Below are positions 29,493 through 38,806 of a stretch of DNA of 64,000 nt, piece by piece; within the stretch, counting starts at the first letter, position 1, and the number at the start of each line of letters is the position of its first letter. The stretch comes from a virus. The translations under genes and the position numbers were made by a program. The DNA lies in the IMG/VR virus record IMGVR_UViG_3300008259_000014, positions 1-64,000 of that record, one strand, 5' to 3'. The notes beneath the pieces were generated by a model. It worked only from the letters and a program-made list of their open reading frames with translations. It was not told where the DNA came from and made no database searches.

Positions 29493-29495
29493 AGC

Positions 29496-30134
29496 TTAGT
29501 ATCCAAATGCAATTAAAGTTTCTTTAAAAGGATTTTCATCAATATTTTTTACTAGACTCAACATTTCTGATGCAAGCTCTCTTACTTCCAACTGTGCTTC
29601 TGGCTTCATTCTAAGGCCTAGGAAGTGATTAAATGACCTAAAGTTAAACATTATATCCATTGTAATCTGATTGCCATATGGAAGATAAAACCTTGCAGAC
29701 TCTTTTGCCCTCTTTCTATCAACTCCTGATTTAATTAACCTATCTAAACATTCATGGTACTGCTTCAAGGCCATTTCCATAAAATGGACATAACTATTAA
29801 TCTCAGACTCTGGCCAGTCAGATGGAACTAAATACTTGTCTTCTTTTAGTTCCTTATATCTTGCTGACTCTCCATTTATAGATACCCCAATTCTATGCTT
29901 AAGAAGATGAATATGAGTTGCTGTATCTACAGTTACTAAGAAGTGTAGTGAGCTTTTCTCAAACGGAGTTTCATGTCCATTCTCTGCTAGCATTTTTAGA
30001 AGATTTGGTATTCTTTTGATTTTATCTTCTGTTAAGTTTCTACTTGTTGATGTCCAAGCAGACAAAGCGTGCTCTAAATCTCCGCCATACCAGCCCATCA
30101 ACTCAACTTTATTTACTTTATCATCTAAGTTCAT
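29496..30134 (-). CDS. thyX: Flavin-dependent thymidylate synthase (likely start MNLDDK)
   Basis: GHETPFE, KHRIGVSINGESARY, ESARFYLP, NFRS..HF..LR...AQ.E. Confidence 0.93.
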   Translation of the reverse strand: MNLDDKVNKVELMGWYGGDLEHALSAWTSTSRNLTEDKIKRIPNLLKMLAENGHETPFEKSSLHFLVTVDTATHIHLLKHRIGVSINGESARYKELKEDKYLVPSDWPESEINSYVHFMEMALKQYHECLDRLIKSGVDRKRAKESARFYLPYGNQITMDIMFNFRSFNHFLGLRMKPEAQLEVRELASEMLSLVKNIDENPFKETLIAFGY

Positions 30135-30204
30135 TTTGTCTCCATAAAATTTAACAACGACAAAAAGAGCAATGAGTAACCCCATTGCCCTCACTATGCT
30201 TTCA

Positions 30205-30684
30205 TCAACTGAGGTTGCTGCTTTTAGCTATAGGAAGTCCTGAGTTGATTAGATCAATTCTATACTTTTCAGCCTCAGCCTCATGCTCCATAAGTGAAGC
30301 TAAATACTCGCTCTCTTCTATAGTGCCTTCCATATAGTCTAGAAATAAAAATCCTGATTTTACAGCCAAAAGGTTGCACCTTTCCTTTTCTTGTGAATCA
30401 TAATAAGCAAAAGGTGATATAAGATCAATAATGCATTCACCATCTATTGTATATTCTGTGCGGGGCCATGAAACATTCACATTATTTATTTTGGTTCTTA
30501 CCAATATCCGTGTAGAATCAAACTCTAATTCATAAGATGTATGATCTCCCGATTTAATCTCAAGTGATAAGCTTTCCGTTATTTTAACACCATAATTATT
30601 TAAATCTGATAAAACACTTTTAACTCTAGCCCTATGACCTTGGCCTACATATATAGATAAAAACTCTTTAACTTCAGAAAACAT
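30205..30684 (-). CDS. Hypothetical protein
   Basis: ORF with RBS. Confidence 0.55.
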   Translation of the reverse strand: MFSEVKEFLSIYVGQGHRARVKSVLSDLNNYGVKITESLSLEIKSGDHTSYELEFDSTRILVRTKINNVNVSWPRTEYTIDGECIIDLISPFAYYDSQEKERCNLLAVKSGFLFLDYMEGTIEESEYLASLMEHEAEAEKYRIDLINSGLPIAKSSNLS

Positions 30685-30687
30685 CTA

Positions 30688-31887
30688 TCATCCTTTTTTG
30701 CAAATAATCTTTAGCACCTTATCTTCGCTAAAGAGTTTTGCAGCCTCTTCAATAATACTTTCTTTTGTCATACTATTTATAGACTCGATAACCTTCTCTG
30801 TAGGGACATCATCAAACAATGTTCTTAGTGCGGTAGAAGAGGCTATTGATAGGGAAGATTCCATCATAGAATAGTATGATGCTCTATACTTATTCTTAGC
30901 TCTCTGCAACTCCTCATCAGAGACATACTCTGTTGAAATTTTCTTCAATTCAGAAGAGATTGCATCAATAGCCTCTTCTACATTCTTATCTCTTGTGGAG
31001 AAGTCGATCAGATAGCATCCACCGCCCTGGTAATTAAGACTAGATGATGAGATTCCATAAACCAAACCTCTATTTTCCCTAACCTCTTCAAACAATCTTG
31101 AATCCATACCGCCAGATAGAATTGTCTTTAACACAGACTGTGTTGGATTTGACTTTCCATTTGCAGATTCATTTGGATATGCTATCCAAACATATGAGTG
31201 CTCAATTCCTTCTTTCTGAGTATTTACAAGCCTTGCTTCTTTGTAAGTTGTATTTTTCCAAGAATTACTTCTGCTTATTTTGCCATTTTGCTTTCCAAAA
31301 TGGCGAGCTAACATTTCCGCTGCTTCCTTCTTAGTCTGACTGGATGCAAGGGAGACTACAGCATTTTCTCTTTTTACCTTGCTATTGTAAAATTTGGCAA
31401 CCTCATCTCTAGTGAAATTTGAAATACTCTCTTGAGTTCCAATTATTGGATTGGCCAAATAGTTTGAGTAAAAGTTCTCTGAAAAGGTGCGATATATATG
31501 GGAGTCTACACCATCATTTGTTGAAATCTCTTCTTCTTTTACAACCTCTCTTTCCCTTTGAAATTCATCCTCTGGAAAGGTTGAGTTAAAAATAATATCA
31601 GACATAATCTCTGTAACCTTCTCAATATTATCTACTGGAACAGTTACAAAGTAAGAAACTTCCTCGTAGGCGGTGTGGGCGTTTACTGATCCGCCAAGAC
31701 TAGCTATCTCTCTATTGATTTCTTTTGCTGTTCGCTTAGCTGTGCCCTTAAAGATCGAGTGCTCAAGCATGTGAGCGATTCCTGGGTTGAAAGTTTCACC
31801 ATCAGAACTCTCTGATCTAGCTCCCGCATCAAATGCAACCCACAAAGAAGCTAGTCTGCTTGGAAGTTTTGTAATCCTGTGTATCAT
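30688..31887 (-). CDS. M16 family zinc peptidase
   Basis: GIAHMLEHSIFKG (HxxEH), NAHT, EREVVKEE, SRLFEEVRE..GLVY. Confidence 0.95.
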   Translation of the reverse strand: MIHRITKLPSRLASLWVAFDAGARSESSDGETFNPGIAHMLEHSIFKGTAKRTAKEINREIASLGGSVNAHTAYEEVSYFVTVPVDNIEKVTEIMSDIIFNSTFPEDEFQREREVVKEEEISTNDGVDSHIYRTFSENFYSNYLANPIIGTQESISNFTRDEVAKFYNSKVKRENAVVSLASSQTKKEAAEMLARHFGKQNGKISRSNSWKNTTYKEARLVNTQKEGIEHSYVWIAYPNESANGKSNPTQSVLKTILSGGMDSRLFEEVRENRGLVYGISSSSLNYQGGGCYLIDFSTRDKNVEEAIDAISSELKKISTEYVSDEELQRAKNKYRASYYSMMESSLSIASSTALRTLFDDVPTEKVIESINSMTKESIIEEAAKLFSEDKVLKIICKKG

Positions 31888-31933
31888 TTTTTCCTTTAAA
31901 TTATATATTGATTAAAATGCAGCATAATGCAAA

Positions 31934-31957
31934 AATAGGGGCCACGTGGCCCCTATT
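31934..31957 (-). terminator. Intrinsic terminator
   Basis: AATAGGGGCCACGTGGCCCCTATT palindrome with U-tract. Confidence 0.8.
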
Positions 31958-31959
31958 AC

Positions 31960-33102
31960 TTATCTAGATTTCTCTTCAATCACAACCTTTTTACCGTAGG
32001 GGAAGTTTACGGACTCATTTCTCTTGCAGAGTGCCCACAACATTCTAACCTTTGGCTTAGGAGGAAATGGTGCATAACCGTCAGTGAAGATTACAAGGCC
32101 GTCGTAATTTCTCTCATCTGCCATGGTAATTACTGGAGCAAAGTCTGTACCACCGCGACCCTTTATATTAATCTTGGCAGCCTTCTTGGAGAATGGCTCT
32201 GGCTCTCCTTGAATCTGGCAGTCAAACTGAATAAAGTCACATTTTACATGGTCAATCATTCCGTTCAACTCATTTGTAAAATACTCAAGCTCCTCACTAC
32301 TAACCGAACCAGATGTGTCAAAGGCAACAAGAAGTTGGCTTGTATAGTTTCGTTTAGTGCCTGGTGACTTAAAGCCGTATCTACGATTTGGCCTCATTCT
32401 TGTATTCTTTCGTCCAAGCTCAATTAGCTTATTGATGAACCAGCGAACCTCCTTTTTCCAGTTTACTGATGCCTTGTTTGCGGCAATGATTTGCTCAACA
32501 AGCTTGCCGGGAGTATCGCCCCAGCCTTTCTTTTCCTGAGCCTTAATTGCGCTCTCTGCAATATTCTTAATCTTCTCGGAAACAATCTCCTCATCAAACT
32601 CGTCCCACATTCCGTGGTCATCTACAGTATCCACTCCCGCATCAGCCATCATCTGCTCTATAGATTTCTTTTGCTTCTCGGCCTCGTCCTTTAACTGTTT
32701 GTAGTACCAATCTGCAGACTGATTCTCTTCAAGCTTAAAGGTCTTTGGATATACAGCGCCCTCTGGAAGCTCTGAGATATGGCAGTTGATTGCCATGTCT
32801 GCTGCGATATTGAAGCCCTTTGGGTTATAACCAGAGTGTCTAACTCGCACAAGATGGTGTAGAAGAATATGTAGCGCCTCGTGCTTAAGTACAGCTCTCA
32901 ACTGCTCTTTTGTAAGTTTTTTTACGAACTCTACGTTGTAGTAGAGTGCCAAGTCAACCTGCCTGATAACTCCTACAGCCATTGTAGGAATTGTTGTGCT
33001 TTCCATTTTATTTAGGAAGAGGAATACCTCTCCATATAGAGGCTGGAAGAGCATTAGCTGACTGATGGCTGTCTCAATTCTATCTCTGATATAACGATCC
33101 AT
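31960..33102 (-). CDS. DUF2201-type HExxH metallopeptidase-vWA protein
   Basis: KHEALH, NIAADMAIN, DTSGS MIDAS, GRGGTDF, FTDG. Confidence 0.9.
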   Translation of the reverse strand: MDRYIRDRIETAISQLMLFQPLYGEVFLFLNKMESTTIPTMAVGVIRQVDLALYYNVEFVKKLTKEQLRAVLKHEALHILLHHLVRVRHSGYNPKGFNIAADMAINCHISELPEGAVYPKTFKLEENQSADWYYKQLKDEAEKQKKSIEQMMADAGVDTVDDHGMWDEFDEEIVSEKIKNIAESAIKAQEKKGWGDTPGKLVEQIIAANKASVNWKKEVRWFINKLIELGRKNTRMRPNRRYGFKSPGTKRNYTSQLLVAFDTSGSVSSEELEYFTNELNGMIDHVKCDFIQFDCQIQGEPEPFSKKAAKINIKGRGGTDFAPVITMADERNYDGLVIFTDGYAPFPPKPKVRMLWALCKRNESVNFPYGKKVVIEEKSR

Positions 33103-33143
33103 TAATTCTCCGTATTACTAAAAAAAATCAGATAAATAAAAAA

Positions 33144-33167
33144 GAGGCACCTGATTCCCTGTGCCTC
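33144..33167 (-). terminator. Intrinsic terminator between the ATPase and vWA genes
   Basis: GAGGCAC / GTGCCTC stem with U-tract. Confidence 0.65.
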
Positions 33168-33182
33168 CCCGTGGGTTAGTAA

Positions 33183-34283
33183 CTACTTAGTTAGGTAGAC
33201 TCGCTTGATGAACTCTCGGAACTCAGGGATATCAGACCAGCTCTGAGCAATCTTCTTGGTCTTATCACCGGCAAGGCATAGAGTCCAAGTCTGAGCAACA
33301 ACATCGTTAGGGAGCATCATGATGAAGTTACGTAGGTTATCTTTCTGCTTGTCCTTGAGCTTGGCTGCGTTACGAGCGTTAGCCTCAGCGATAACTGCAC
33401 GAGATAGCTGTGCTACAACCTCGATATCGTTACAAGCGGCTTCGACCTTGCCCTTACACTCTTCGAGGTTATCAAGAACATCGCCAGGGCGAAGCTGTGA
33501 GAACTCGTTGGTTACGAACTTCTGGAACATAATTGCAATCTCTCGACCAACCCAGCCCTTTGCAACCTGGGCAAGCATACCCTGGTCATTTTCAAGGCCC
33601 ATTCCAATTACGCTATCAGATAGCGACTGCCAGCTACGGCGAGAAGGATAGGTTGAGCCAGCCTGTAGATTGCCAACAGGAGGATCTAGAAGATTGTGGT
33701 TGCGGTCGATAAACTCAACAACAGCAGGGTGAATCTTATTCTTGCGAGCCCAATCAATCCACTCTGCGGCAGTTGGATCAAAGTCGATGTGGAACCAGCG
33801 GTCATGTAGAGCAGGGTCTAGCTCAACAACGTCATAGTCAGAATCGCTGTTTACGGCTGCTACAACTCGCCATCCGTCAGGTAGCTTCTCACCGTCTAGT
33901 CGTCGGTCTAGACAGATCTCGAATACGGCCTGTAGTACATCCTTACTTGCGCGGTTAAGCTCGTCGAAGAATAGAATACCCTTACTATCAGGGTCGCGAG
34001 GCCACCACTCTTGCTTTAGGAAGCGGGTAACTCCGCGCTCTACATCGACGAAAGGCATACCCTTGATATCACCTACCTCACACTGAGAGAGTCGAACGTC
34101 CCAGAAGCCGTACTTATGACCAGTGCTCTGCTCAAGTTCAGTGGCTACCTGCTTAACTACGCTTGATTTACCAACACCGTGCTTTGCATGAAGCATGATG
34201 GACTTGGTTGAAGGCATATTCATTAGTACGTGCTTAGTTTGAACGATATTCATTTGTTTACAGTAACTCCGTTCTTGTATCAA
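33183..34283 (-). CDS. MoxR-like AAA+ ATPase
   Basis: HGVGKS, FFDELNRA, VAAVN, LDPALHDRW, PSRRSW. Confidence 0.9.
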   Translation of the reverse strand: MIQERSYCKQMNIVQTKHVLMNMPSTKSIMLHAKHGVGKSSVVKQVATELEQSTGHKYGFWDVRLSQCEVGDIKGMPFVDVERGVTRFLKQEWWPRDPDSKGILFFDELNRASKDVLQAVFEICLDRRLDGEKLPDGWRVVAAVNSDSDYDVVELDPALHDRWFHIDFDPTAAEWIDWARKNKIHPAVVEFIDRNHNLLDPPVGNLQAGSTYPSRRSWQSLSDSVIGMGLENDQGMLAQVAKGWVGREIAIMFQKFVTNEFSQLRPGDVLDNLEECKGKVEAACNDIEVVAQLSRAVIAEANARNAAKLKDKQKDNLRNFIMMLPNDVVAQTWTLCLAGDKTKKIAQSWSDIPEFREFIKRVYLTK

Positions 34284-34321
34284 TCAGGGCAACAAACTAT
34301 TAAGTTGCCCCGCATTTCGTC

Positions 34322-34376
34322 TCGGTGCGACCACCGCACCGACACATCTATATATCCAGCATTTTTCCTGGATCAG
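34322..34376 (-). promoter_or_regulatory. Weaker promoter candidate CTGATC-N16-TATATA with +1 hairpin (34322-34342)
   Basis: A-tract; ATCCAG/CTGGAT dyad; TCGGTGCG/CGCACCGA stem. Confidence 0.45.
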
Positions 34377-34382
34377 CTTTTT

Positions 34383-34718
34383 TCATAGGTGGCTTTTAGG
34401 CCCGATTCTGGAATTTATTTGGCCCATCTTATCGGTCAAATCTTTCATAAGATCGGCCATATTTCTGCCGCCAGTTTGCTGCATCATCTCTGGAACTCTA
34501 GAAAGCAGAGATGAAATACCTCCATTTTCCTCAGATAATTCTCCAAAAAGATCTCCAAACTGGGCTGTAGAGCCCTCTAGTGATTCAAGTTTATCTAAAG
34601 CCAGTCTTGTCTGACCCTCAACAGTCTTAAGACTGGCTTCTATATTTGAGATTTTTTTATCCATTTTAATTAAATTTTCAGTTATTTGAACTAGTAATTG
34701 CTCTACAATATTTTCCAT
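34383..34718 (-). CDS. Hypothetical coiled-coil protein
   Basis: ORF within operon. Confidence 0.55.
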   Translation of the reverse strand: MENIVEQLLVQITENLIKMDKKISNIEASLKTVEGQTRLALDKLESLEGSTAQFGDLFGELSEENGGISSLLSRVPEMMQQTGGRNMADLMKDLTDKMGQINSRIGPKSHL

Positions 34719-34719
34719 A

Positions 34720-35817
34720 TTATTTCCTTGTTCCGAATGCGTGTGATTCCTCTAATCCAGATTGGGTTATCCTGATAAATTCTGCCTCTCTAAGAGAGAG
34801 TATAGACATTGAATTTAAATATGTCATTGCAGATCTTAATCCGCCTATATATTCGTCTATTATTGGCTCTACTGGCCCTGCATATCTTAGCCTTGTTGAT
34901 ACTCCCTCTGCACATGTTCCCTTTTTTAGACCGCCCATTTTCTCTACTTGTATATCACTTGATGCCATACCGCGATATACTTTCCACATATCTCCATCAA
35001 CATCCAGCAGCTCCCCTGGTGTTTCTGCGGTTGCTGCAATAGCTCTACCTAATATAACTCCAGATGCTCCAGCTGCGAGTGCTTTTACCATATCACCTGG
35101 ATATCTAATACCGCCATCAGCTATAATGGTTCCAATTGGAAATCTGCTATCATCATCTAGATAGCAGCTCATAACAGATGTTAAGGTAGGGACTCCGCAA
35201 CCGGTTTGTATTCTCGTTTTACAGATGGATCCTCCTCCTATTCCGACCCTTACAGCGTTTGCCCCTTCATTCATTAGAAATTCATAGCCTTCACTTGTTG
35301 CAACATTTCCAGCAATTATATTAAATTCATCTTTATTACCAGCAATATTTCTTGCTTGCTTCATCATTTCTAATACATAATCTGTGTGCCCATTTGCAAC
35401 ATCAATAACTATTGTTTTTATATTTAATTCTTTTTTCAATCTTTTCAGTCTATCAACCTCTGCATCGCCTATACCTATAGCTACTGCTAGAGCATCTCTT
35501 TTGTTTTTGTTAATTTCAGAGAAGATTTTTTTCACTTCATCAATCTGCCTCTCAACAGGCATAAACCTATGAAGCATGGCCATGCCTCCAAGTCTTATAA
35601 TTTCTATTGCCATTTTATGCTCTGTTATTGTATCCATAGGGCTAGATATAATTGGGATGTCCAACTCTACATTGCCAATAAGCGTATGAGTCTTTGGATC
35701 TTTTCTGGATCTAATTGATGAATACTTGGGTATTAACATTACATCATCATATGATAATGCATTCATCATATTGTTTATTTCTTTTTTCACCATACTCATA
35801 ATGTCTCCTTTATTCAT
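34720..35817 (-). CDS. IMP dehydrogenase/GMP reductase family enzyme lacking CBS domains
   Basis: SSPMDT, IDVANGH, GIGGGSICKTR (catalytic Cys), ADGGI, YRGMAS, AEGV. Confidence 0.9.
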   Translation of the reverse strand: MNKGDIMSMVKKEINNMMNALSYDDVMLIPKYSSIRSRKDPKTHTLIGNVELDIPIISSPMDTITEHKMAIEIIRLGGMAMLHRFMPVERQIDEVKKIFSEINKNKRDALAVAIGIGDAEVDRLKRLKKELNIKTIVIDVANGHTDYVLEMMKQARNIAGNKDEFNIIAGNVATSEGYEFLMNEGANAVRVGIGGGSICKTRIQTGCGVPTLTSVMSCYLDDDSRFPIGTIIADGGIRYPGDMVKALAAGASGVILGRAIAATAETPGELLDVDGDMWKVYRGMASSDIQVEKMGGLKKGTCAEGVSTRLRYAGPVEPIIDEYIGGLRSAMTYLNSMSILSLREAEFIRITQSGLEESHAFGTRK

Positions 35818-36367
35818 TTACATATATATATTCAGCTTTGTACGCAAAAGACTCTGTGTCCATGCTTATATTCCCAAGCAAGCACCACCTATCATACCAA
35901 TAATGAGAAAATTCATGAATAAGGGTTCCCATTGGTATTGGAGCATTGTCACCAACCAGCAAACATGAATCTCCTTTAACCCAAATTGTCGGGTCATAAA
36001 GTCCGAAAATTTCTTTACCTCCAACTCCAATCTCCTCCTTCCAGTATGCTATATCATTTCTATTTAGTGAAGATCTTGTTATCTCATAAATATGAAGATT
36101 CATATAAGATCTGCAATCACTTGGTTTTCTACCCATTTCTCTTAAAATCTTTTCAGAAATCAGATAACTTTTTTTTGCTGCAAAATCTATTTGCTCCCTT
36201 GTAAATTTCTTTTTTGAATAATTTTGCTCTTTGTAAACATTATATTTAATATATGATTCATTTACCAAGACACTTGATGAAAATTCTAGGTCAAAAAAAA
36301 GCCCCGACAAATATCGGGGCTCGCTTGCGCTAGACACCCAAAGGAGACTAGCCAGCAGGTAATTCAT
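35810..36367 (-). CDS. HExxH protein with signal-peptide-like N-terminus (likely start MNYLL)
   Basis: LIHEFSH ... TESFA. Confidence 0.55.
   Translation of the reverse strand: MNYLLASLLWVSSASEPRYLSGLFFDLEFSSSVLVNESYIKYNVYKEQNYSKKKFTREQIDFAAKKSYLISEKILREMGRKPSDCRSYMNLHIYEITRSSLNRNDIAYWKEEIGVGGKEIFGLYDPTIWVKGDSCLLVGDNAPIPMGTLIHEFSHYWYDRWCLLGNISMDTESFAYKAEYIYVNE
36300..36321 (-). terminator. Terminator-like hairpin
   Basis: AGCCCCGA / TCGGGGCT followed by a U-run; lies after ORF 36348-36521. Confidence 0.65.
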
Positions 36368-36521
36368 CTTTTGGAACCCTATATGTTGATATAATCTCAA
36401 CAGATAGATTTGGACTTGCTGATAGCAATTTTACATGATCCATTGGAACCTTCTTGTGATCGAAGACTGCTTTTGTATCTTTATTTACAACTCTGATATT
36501 ACAAACTTCTACATATTCCAT
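36348..36521 (-). CDS. 57-aa ORF absent from the track
   Basis: AAGGAG RBS, MEYVEVCNIRVVNK...DELPAG-TAG; fills the intergenic gap. Confidence 0.65.
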   Translation of the reverse strand: MEYVEVCNIRVVNKDTKAVFDHKKVPMDHVKLLSASPNLSVEIISTYRVPKDELPAG

Positions 36522-36533
36522 TTTACACTCCTT

Positions 36534-37583
36534 TTATCTTCTTCTTAATAAGTCCATATTTCTTGGTGAAAGGTTTCCGTCAAGTCTTGCTTGAACAAAG
36601 CTAACTAGTTGCTCATGCTTTGCAAGATTTGGAAGAAGCCAAGCTAAATTATCCATTGATGAATGCTGACTAATGAGTCTTAAACAATGGTAATCCTCTA
36701 CGTTTGCAAACTTCATCAATATTCTTTCAAGCTTTTCCTGTTCTAGCAGAGCGATTTTCAATTGCTCATCTGTTACATATTCTCTATCTCTATAAACATA
36801 GTAACTAGTACTATATTCTGGAAAAGGCAAAGAATCCCTTGCCATATAAGGCTCTTTCTTTGGCTTAAGCTTATGTGAAGCTATAGTATTTTGCGCTAAG
36901 CCTAGCTTCTTAGAAAGTGCCTCTATGCATGTTCTTTTGATTGAGACTGGTGAAGACTGAGAAACTTTATCCAAAATACTTTCTACAAATATATCATTCA
37001 TCATAGCATGAGATAAGACTTCATTTTTTACATCTGTATAATGAGGTGCTTTTGCAATCATATTGTATGTAGATTCAACATCCTCCTCTGTTTTTAACAA
37101 CTTTATTGACATTTGAATCCATGTATTAATCCCCTCTGGCTCTGCTCCAAGCTCTTTTAGTCTAAAAGCCTCATCTTTTGGATTTAAGTAAAAGGGATTT
37201 TTATCACGCTCAGCCATACAAGTTGAAATTCTCGCCCTAGACGATATATCCAAAGATATTTTACTATTCTCAAGATCTTTAAATAATACTTCTAAAACCT
37301 CTAGACCTTCCTCTTTGGTAAGGTAGTACTTATGATAATTTCTTGTTGCTGCAGAGATTGGAACAGAAACTAAATAGTTTCTTTTTTCTGGAATAGCTTT
37401 CCACAATTTCATAAAATTGTCCTTTGTAATAAGCCACCCATACTTCTCGCGATAGTATGTTAGCTCTGTATTTACAAGTTCAAGTATAAAGTTTGAAAGA
37501 ATGCCATCTAGTATTTCTTCTGGAAATACAATTTCTTTACTTACTTTGCTGTAAAGACTATCTTTATGTTCATTATAATCCAT
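36534..37583 (-). CDS. Hypothetical alpha-helical protein
   Basis: Long ORF. Confidence 0.65.
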   Translation of the reverse strand: MDYNEHKDSLYSKVSKEIVFPEEILDGILSNFILELVNTELTYYREKYGWLITKDNFMKLWKAIPEKRNYLVSVPISAATRNYHKYYLTKEEGLEVLEVLFKDLENSKISLDISSRARISTCMAERDKNPFYLNPKDEAFRLKELGAEPEGINTWIQMSIKLLKTEEDVESTYNMIAKAPHYTDVKNEVLSHAMMNDIFVESILDKVSQSSPVSIKRTCIEALSKKLGLAQNTIASHKLKPKKEPYMARDSLPFPEYSTSYYVYRDREYVTDEQLKIALLEQEKLERILMKFANVEDYHCLRLISQHSSMDNLAWLLPNLAKHEQLVSFVQARLDGNLSPRNMDLLRRR

Positions 37584-37594
37584 AGTTACCTATT

Positions 37595-38428
37595 TTATTT
37601 TTTTAGTTTTTCTAAACTAGACACAGAAAAGCCTGAAGCTCTTTTGTGTCCACCACCACCATACATTTCAGCTATCTTTGTAACATCCATTCCGTTCTCA
37701 TCAGATCTTAAGGAGAAATTATATCTATCTATATTCCAATGATAAACAGCGGCAAATGGCTTGTCAACATTAATTTTATTACAAAGTTCAGCATAGCACC
37801 AGGAGCTATTCAAAGCGGGAACTTCAAAGCCTCCTATAACAAGCGTATGCTTCTTTTCTAGCAACTTATTTAGCTGCATATCTTTAAAACGCTCTATTGC
37901 AGCACCCTGCAACAGGACATCCTTATATTTTTCACTTTCTGGATTTATCTCCAAAGCTAAATCTTTCCAAATCTCTTCTGAGTATTCAAAAGAGTCGATA
38001 TAAAGAAGTACTTTTCCAGAATCTTTTATGGAATGTCTCCATAAATCAAAATCTTCTATACAGTGAATCATATGTGGAATATTGCTATCACCAAATAAAT
38101 ACTTCCAGCTTAAATAAGCTCCAGAGTGATTTACATCATAAATAAATTCATCATAGGCCGCTCCTTTGAGATTTGCAAGCTTTCTCTCTGCCGAAACATG
38201 ATGATCTATTATTGTTAGAGAATTTGCTTTATTTTTTATTTCTATCATTTTATTTGGATCAAAAGAAAAATCAGCAAAAAATACATCTCTTCCAGAGAGA
38301 TCTATATTAAATTCTCTCTGATAATAGGCTGGAATATATTCCATACTATCGCCATACTTCATCCAAAAGGCAAACCTTGAACCAAATCCATCTCTACAAT
38401 CTGCATGATATATTAAAACTGGTTTCAT
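37595..38428 (-). CDS. DHH/DHHA1 phosphoesterase (NrnB-like nanoRNase)
   Basis: YHADCRDG, ADF, IDHH, SGA, D.DLW, SLRS, GGGGH..ASG. Confidence 0.92.
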   Translation of the reverse strand: MKPVLIYHADCRDGFGSRFAFWMKYGDSMEYIPAYYQREFNIDLSGRDVFFADFSFDPNKMIEIKNKANSLTIIDHHVSAERKLANLKGAAYDEFIYDVNHSGAYLSWKYLFGDSNIPHMIHCIEDFDLWRHSIKDSGKVLLYIDSFEYSEEIWKDLALEINPESEKYKDVLLQGAAIERFKDMQLNKLLEKKHTLVIGGFEVPALNSSWCYAELCNKINVDKPFAAVYHWNIDRYNFSLRSDENGMDVTKIAEMYGGGGHKRASGFSVSSLEKLKK

Positions 38429-38772
38429 GATATTGACTCTGGTGAGTGAGCAAAGTAAATATCCTCTACTAAATCACAATCATTTCTAATTATTAGTGTG
38501 ATTGCTTTTTTCATTTCTTCGATGGAGTCTGCCTGCATTAAAACTCCATTATATGTCATTTTTAGAAGATTTAAGCTTTCTAGAACGTCACACTTTGCTA
38601 CTGCCAAATGTGTTACCCCAGATTTATTTACAGCCTCGACAAGCTTATTCATATTCAGCCAATTAACTTTCCTTGCAATTCCGCTGGTTGCTTCACATAT
38701 TTTACCTAAAAAAAATCCATCCGGGCAGCCGGTATCAAAACTAATATCTAGCCTCATAAAAACACTCTCCAT
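38425..38772 (-). CDS. Stand-alone paralogue of the PurA C-terminal domain
   Basis: RKVNWLN..L / AKCDVLE / DS...MK..I / C..VED align colinearly with the neighbouring PurA C-terminus. Confidence 0.8.
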   Translation of the reverse strand: MESVFMRLDISFDTGCPDGFFLGKICEATSGIARKVNWLNMNKLVEAVNKSGVTHLAVAKCDVLESLNLLKMTYNGVLMQADSIEEMKKAITLIIRNDCDLVEDIYFAHSPESIS

Positions 38773-38806
38773 TAAGTAATGGCAAATTATCTATATAAAA
38801 ATTGAT

